From Raillietiella orientalis (taxonomy: Eukaryota): 64,000 nt of DNA. This document shows, in pieces, positions 57,338 to 64,000 of this stretch. The stretch lies in NCBI GenBank assembly GCA_036172245.1, contig JAYWIR010000026.1:2170001-2234000 (forward strand), in the 5' to 3' direction. Every line of letters starts with the position of its first letter. The stretch's first letter is position 1. The notes under the pieces are model-generated. The model had not been told where the DNA came from. It did no database searches and saw nothing but the letters and a program-made list of their open reading frames with translations. A program made the position numbers and the translations under genes.

Positions 57338-58656
57338 ATGGGGAGGCATAGAAGAATTCCAGTTAAAAGGACAAAGAAAATAAAGAATGTTGGACTTCCA
57401 AAACAGTGAGTGTGTTTGATTAACTGTTCAAAAACTGCTAGACTCATGAACCCAAAAAAGTACAGTGAAAGATTGATTGATTTATAAGTGAAAACTGTAA
57501 GCAAACATGCCTGTAAATAACTGTTAATGCATGTACACAGCACCTTGATTTTCAATTGAAAGGTTTTCAGCCTTATGAAACTTCTACCATTTTAGGAAGA
57601 CAAAATCAGAAAACTTACCAATTAAAGCTGAACATCTTGATCACCAGGAACTTCCAAAAAGTTTTTATGACTTCTTAAATTTACAAAATTTGAGTAAGAA
57701 TGAATCCTCAAATAAGGAGCGAAAGAAGAAGAATTTGAAAAAGTGCCGATCACTGTTGTTGGATAGTAAATATTTTATAGATGATGTTGGTCCACATGTT
57801 GGAATGGAAAAACGCCTTAAGCCAGTCCCACACTTTGTAAAGCAGCACCGTGAAAGTGTCAGACGGTTTATGAACAGAATGGAGAAGACAACTCAGGTAA
57901 TTGCAAATCCATGCAAAAAATTGAATTGAATCTTTATTATGTGCTTCAATTGAGGCTGTGAAGATTTCAGAATTTCAATGCTTAAAAGTATGTATTCATG
58001 TATGTTGTTGCTGTCATTGAATAAGAATGCAAGTTTATCCATGAATGTTCTGTGCATCACCACTTCAATAGATTGGGATCTCACAAATTTTTTGTACTTA
58101 TCATTGTGGTTGCTTAACCTTTCTTTCTCTGCCTTGGTATTCATCTTTGCTCTGTGTTTTGTTAGTATGAAGAAGGATCAGAATTAAATGTGACGGTTGC
58201 TATGTAGTGTGGTTCTTTGTCTGAATGTGGGTCATTCATTATGTAATGAAGTGTTCTTGCAATGAATTGTTCTTCATGTTGAAAGTGTGTTCGTTCTACC
58301 ACATTGATGAAATTATGAATCCTCAGATGTATCTTCAACAATCAAAGTTTGAAGAAAAATACAAGGTGGATGTGGTGAGAAATCCAAACAATTGCCAGCT
58401 CGAAGTTAGCAAACGTGAAATGGATGATGTGGACGTAGAATTGCAGAAAATGCGTTTTCCGAAGAAGGTAGCTAGGAAGCAAGAGTTGCTGGAAAGGAGG
58501 AGGAAGAAGAAACGAGAGTATCGTCAAAAATTGAAAGCCAAAAAACGGCGCCCAAGAAACGACGCCAGTGACGATTTGCGCCCCGAATCCATCATGTTCG
58601 GTGAACTGGTCCACGAGCCTCCAAAATTGCATTTTAAAAAGGCGAAGCAGCAGTGA
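57338..58656 (+). CDS. CCDC137: Coiled-coil domain-containing protein 137-like (basic nucleolar protein)
   Basis: Exons 57338-57405, 57596-57896, 58327-58652/58656. Motifs N-x-P…DHQELPKSF, VPHFVKQHRESVRRFMNRM, a Lys/Arg-rich coil and ESIMFGELVHEPPKL resemble CCDC137 (EQEIPF, VPKFKQRKGES, VKFGEVVLQPPEL). The 3' end is uncertain: CA|GTGAGT at 58653 may be a donor to a further exon. Confidence 0.8.
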
Positions 58657-61241
58657 GTTTCCCAGGGATTCCCCCGATTTGCTTTGCCAAATCATTGATT
58701 TCAATGAGGCTCCCTGTTGCTGGCTGGAGGCGAACTCCTTGCCGAGGGAACTCCAAGGAGAAACCAAGGATTGGGGAAAGCACGACTGGAAAGAAGAAAA
58801 AAAACACGGTTTTTCAGTCGTACTTTCGACACATTAAAAGTCGTTCAGCCATTATGGGAAAGCTGCAGACGGTGGTCTTTTCATCCATCTTAAGAAATAT
58901 TTTATTCTCTTTTTGTGGGAATGTTAGAAATATCTTATGTCATCACGTCCTGGAAATACATGTGCATTTGCAGAGCGACTAGACGTCAGCAGTGACAGAT
59001 GCAAAGCTGGAAAATCCATGGGTGTCAGAGGCAGCGCCGTTTCTACGCCTATGCCGGTTGCATATTGCCAGCAGATTCCAGGTCTTTTTTTTTGCAGCTG
59101 TTGGGATGCCATTCACCGGTGAAAACTCGATTATTGGAAGCCATGCCGCAAGTGCTTGTGTTGCTTTCCAGTGCTCTTGGCAGCTGTCGTCTTCAAGAAA
59201 AATGACCGAGGAGGAAGTTTGTTTTTCTTAGCAAGGTTATCGCAACTTGCCGAGTGATGTTTGCCGGGCTGCCACGCGCACCTCGGTGCCACGGAACGCA
59301 TTGGGGAAGCGCCGCGCGTTCTTGCGTTTCGATGGCGACTGCGTGGTGCCGTGAACGAGCGAATTCATGTCGCGCATCTTGCCCGTAGCACACATGATGG
59401 GAGGAACGCGGACGCACAAGCCAAAGGGACTCCCAGCTGCTTCGCGTCCCCTAGCTCCCGTTTACCGGATGTCCGCTCTTCCCGGAAATCCGGCGCAGCA
59501 GCTCGTCCGACCGAGGCTCCCCATCGCTCGTGTCCGTGCAGAATTTTACCTCTGGTGAATGGTGGGGGTGCGGGAGCGGGGGAAGGGAGGAGCGAGTCTG
59601 CTGGTGACCAGAGCGCGCCATCCGGGGGAAGCACGGGAAGGAGCCGAAGTGCGGAGTCCGAAAGACGTGGGATCTGGTCGTCAGCCACCGCCCAGCCATA
59701 CGGCACGATCTGGAGCGATGACGTGCCCTTCGGGGCACGGGGATTTGCTTCCGCCTGTACCGGCTCGACGCCCGGGATTCCCATGAGGCTGTTCGCGGAA
59801 GACTTGGAACCACGACGACCCGCAGCGGACCCTGTCTGGGTGGCCTCATCGGAGCCTCTTCCTCGTGCGGCTCTTCCAGAAGCTTTGGGGCGAAGGGGGG
59901 GGGGGGGTGATCTTCGAGCTCCTGGAGTTCGAAGCGGGTGAGCGAATGGGGCTGCTCTTGGACTAGCCTCGTCTGTCATTCTCGTCTGTGCCGCCTCCCT
60001 CTGCGTGTGGCGGGTGGTGGTGGCTGTGGCGGCGGGCGTGGTATTCCGTGCCTCCATTCCGACCGCTTTGGTTGGTGACCCGCGCGTGGGCTGCTCCTCT
60101 GCCACGGCCGCGCGACACGACGGCGAAATGACGGAGACCCCGAGAGGCGAGCAGGAGCTCCGCCTCCTTTTTTCTCTGCTGGTGCTTTGCCCGGCGGTGG
60201 CAAATGGTGCAGCCGATCCACAGGGAGACTCCGGGACGAAACGAAGCGCCATGACATTGGCGCCGCCCATCCATGTTCTCCCGCCATCTGCTCTCGTACT
60301 CAGCGTCCGGCATCACCATCTCGAAGGACGGCCGAGTCCTGACATCCTCGAAGCGTCGGCAGAGGGGAGGGGGGCAGCCACGAGTTCTCTCTCGAACGTT
60401 AGCAATGAGGCTGTGAGGGCGCCACCCACACACGTCTTTTGGGAAGGGGGGCACTCTCCCCAGGGGAGGGTCCGAGGGCCTCGGCGCCCTTTCGTCTTCA
60501 CCGGCCGGCGGAGGTTCCCAGGAGAGCCGGTCGGGCACCGGGTTTCCAGTTTCCCGCCTCGCCTCCAGGGAAGAACCCTCGTCAGCGTACCGCGGGATCG
60601 CTCCTCCTCCCTCCCTCTCAGAGAGCGACGAGCGATGTCGTCCGGGGTACCCAGGAGACGGGAAGGGTCCATGTGGGGAGGGGAGCGAGCAAGGCGGGAG
60701 CTGCCGTCCGGGGTAGAGGCTCTTCCACACGCCATCTTTGCGTCCGTTTGCAGCATCAGCAGCGCCCTGCGCTCCAGCATTGGCGCAGCGCGCGAGCCCT
60801 GGTGTTGGTGGCGCTGCCTGCTGCTGACCGTCCCTCGGGCACGCGTCCTCCTACCCGGGAAGGAGGGGGTCGGTCTCCGATCTACCCTTCCCCCGACTAC
60901 TCAAAGAACGAGGGGGCGCCCCGGATTCCTCTCTGCCGCCTCCCGAACGGGTGCGTCGCTCCTCTTTCAAGCGCCTTCGGACCGCCAGCTCTTCTCGTGT
61001 CCCCTACCTGTGGCCACTGCCGGCCGGTGACCCCGAGGAGCCAGCGATGTCGGCGTCGCCATTCCCTACCCGGCTCCCTGGAAGCCGGCGGCCCGGAAAG
61101 GGAGTGGAAGAAGGGAAGGGACCGGGAGGTGCCCGTCGCTCCCGCTTCGGATGCGCGTTCATCCTGCTACCCTCCCTCCTTTTCCATCCTCCTGAACTCC
61201 TTTCCCGGGAAAACAAAGGAACGACGACGACAAGGGAGAGA

Positions 61242-61495
61242 GGGAGGGGTAGGAAATTTCCTTGCGGGGGAAATGACCCGGCCGAGCAGACGGCTGGAAA
61301 GGGAAGGAGGTCGTTAAGAGCTCCGCCGCCGCTTCGGGAAAACACGGAGAATGGGGAGGAGGAAGGGGGGAGGGGTAGGAAATTTCCTTGCGGGGGAAAT
61401 GACCCGGCCGTGCAGACGGCGGGAAAGGGAAGGAGGTCGTTAAGAGCTTCGCCGCCGCTTCGGGAAAACACGGAGAATGGGGAGGGGAAAGGAGG
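61242..61495. repeat. Tandem duplication, 126-bp unit, two copies
   Basis: GGGAGGGGTAGGAAATTTCCTTGCGGGGGAAATGACCCGGCCG… begins at 61242 and again at 61368, with few substitutions. Confidence 0.93.
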
Positions 61496-62991
61496 GAGGG
61501 GGACTGCTTACCCGCTCCCTTCGTTTTCCTTGTTTGCGTGCACCTCCCTGTTTACTCTGAGGGGCTCCCGGGACGAGCGCTTGCACACGGGGGATGAGGA
61601 AGGTGCGACGGAGAGGTTGCGAATGAACCGAGGGTGCCCGCGCTCGCGGTGCCTCTCCAATCCGTGACTCCCTCCTCTCTCTCTCCTCCTCGCTCCTTTT
61701 CCGTTCCGGTGCTGATCCCGTCTCGGGGTGCTGGCACTCTTCGAGGACGCTTGTGGGGACTTTTCTCTGCGCCCTCGCCATCTGCCCGGGTCTCCCCAGC
61801 CAAGAGTGGAGGAAGTCGTTGCGAGCAAGGGACGGCGGCAGCATGGGAAAGGGGGGTGGGGAGGAATCGGCAGGTGCCGCCGCCACCAACCCCTTCCTCC
61901 CCTCCTCCACCTAGCAAACAGGCAGGGCAGGTAGAGTCCCCCTGATACGAGCATGAAGGCTCCCTCCCCTTCCCGATTCTCTCCCCACGAGCGTGCATCC
62001 GTTTCCCTGTGTGGTGATGCCCCACCTCACTGTGCGGCATCCCCATCTCCAGAGATGCGAGGAGCGCACGGCTGCCGCTGGCCCTTAGCACCGCGGCGAT
62101 GGGACGCGGTCTGATCCGTGCAGGGGGACGGACGGCTCAGAGCTGCGAATCCCCCCCCCCCCCCACACATAGTTCCCCCCCCCTCCCCCGAGCCGGTGCG
62201 CAGGTCACACAAGCAGCGGCTGCTACAGAAAGGTTGCCGCTGCCTTGCGTTCCTCGGTCGTCCTGCCTCCGGGAAGCCGGGAGCCCCAGCGTCCAGGTGC
62301 CGCGGCGGCTCCACAGCGTGCTCGGGGCCATACCATCCACGGCCGCTCGTTCTCGTAGGGAATTGCGGGCAACAAGGAAAAAAGTTCTTTTGGGCCGAGC
62401 GCAGCGCTAAAACTGCTGGTCGCCTTTTAGCGGACCCGCTGGTCCGAAGGGGCGGAAGAAAAACGGCGGGGCCGATCTGATCCGTCGATTGCGGGAACGC
62501 ACCCGATCCTCGCGTGAGGAGGACGAATGCTTCTCCCTTTTTCCCCCATAACGAAGATCGATCGTTCCGTGCCGTGCGTTGAAAGGTTGCGCGAGAAGGA
62601 CGAAGAGCAGCCTCCACGAAAGGAGACTTCCGAGTGCGGAAGGCCGTTCCCGGTTTCTATTTGTTTGTTTGACCCACTCCCCAGCTGTTGCTTTCCTAAG
62701 ACGCTCGAGGACAACGGCAAGGGTCTCCCTCCTCATCCTCCTTCAATCCTGCCGCTTCCTGCTTGCGTCTCTCCAGATCTACTTTCCGCTCCCCGAGCGC
62801 GCTTTTTTCCAGCTATGCCGAGGGCTTTGCAAATGCGGAAAGTCACCTTGCACGCCATTTTCGCTTCAGCTGATGTTCCTTACGTCGAGCATCATGCAGT
62901 CGACAATGATGCTGATCTTTGGATGATCCTGTTTCAAATGACAACGTTTCGATGCTGCCGCACGTGCGTGGAGCCTTCGCAGAGCCTCTGC

Positions 62992-63005
62992 GTTTCCATG
63001 GCAAC
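62992..63005. promoter_or_regulatory. Canonical RFX/DAF-19 X-box
   Basis: GTTTCC AT GGCAAC fits the X-box consensus on both strands. Confidence 0.5.
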
Positions 63006-64000
63006 CACGCTTGGTTTCTCACTGCTTCCGGCCCTCTGATGTTTCCCTGTTGAGACACACCGAGGCGTACATGCAAACAAGCAAAAGTAAAAATAATGAT
63101 CTAGAAAGGGCAAAAAAAAAAAAAAAAAATTCAGATACCGTCTTTCGGCTCCTGCCTTCAATGTGAATCCGCCCTTCGGAAACTGAGGCCTACGATGCGG
63201 AAGAAGGTCTTTTCGGGTGTCCATCGTCAAGGCATGGAAGCCACGTGACCTTTCCCACACATGTTTTCACGATCGGTCTTTTATGTTTTGTTTTGCGTTT
63301 CAGTATCCGAAACTGTGTATTCGAAAGACAAGAGATGGGGGCAGAGAAAAGTGATACCAGAAACAAATTGAAAGTCTACTACAGTATCAGTAAAGCGTCG
63401 TGGAGAATTTCTAGATGTGCACGCTACAGCTTCAGCGATGCTGCGAAACTTCCGGCGATCGAGTCGGCAGAAACGAGCCTTGCTCCTCCCTGCAACAGCT
63501 CCCGGAAGGGGCCACCGCGGGAAGACCGGGAATCGCTTTTGGGGCTTTTCGCTGCCATCAAAGTAGCGGTGGTGAAGAACGTGTCGTCGCATGCTCAGGT
63601 TGTGCAGAATGGCTCCTTTTCCCATGTTTTCCACACTTCAGAAGAAAGTGTTGCACAATACAAGCAGCAGGGAGCAGCTGAACCTAAGCAGGAACACACA
63701 AGAATCCCCGCTGAAACGTCAGCGGGAAACAAGATCGAAATCAACAGCGCAGGCTGATATTCGTCGAACCATCATAGAAAAAAATAAGGAATACAAGGTT
63801 TATTATAGAGGTATCCGTAGAATAACAGCACGGGCAAACGTTTCTGCTTGAAGATCGCAAAAGTAAGTCTCCACGGCCGCTGTGCAAGGAGCCATCAACC
63901 ATGGAGAAAATCCATCTTCAGGGCAAATCGGGAAAGTTTCGTGTGTTTCCCGTCACTGCCTGTCGATTTTTCGGTATCTTTTCCGTACGCTGCTCACTGC

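Noticed and set aside
59261..61030. ORFs of 226-341 aa on both strands
   Set aside because: No recognisable product and no supported exon structure.

Overview
Eukaryotic (invertebrate animal) genomic DNA with spliceosomal introns. A nematode, possibly a clade I Trichuris-like one, is inferred from the 43-59 nt introns, TTTCAG-type acceptors, a C. elegans-like miR-252 and a neuroligin ending in EIxV; the taxon is not proven. Four protein genes could be reconstructed exon by exon: uracil-DNA glycosylase (UNG, minus, 18483-19962), a USP53/USP54/echinus-like deubiquitinase (plus, ~24992/27117-37970), a neuroligin (plus, ~47673-53347) and CCDC137 (plus, 57338-~58656). Non-coding features include a miR-252 hairpin (minus, 11348-11418), a near-perfect 644-bp inverted duplication around a 1670-bp spacer (7548-10505) with RFX X-box motifs in and around it, a decayed RTE-like reverse transcriptase (~21810-22950), a MITE-like foldback (~55229-55580) and a 126-bp tandem duplication (~61242-61495). 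Most long ORFs in the GC-rich intervals look spurious. The most unusual configuration is the miR-252 / inverted duplication / X-box locus at 5.7-11.6 kb. No CRISPR array, prokaryotic system or intact transposase was seen.
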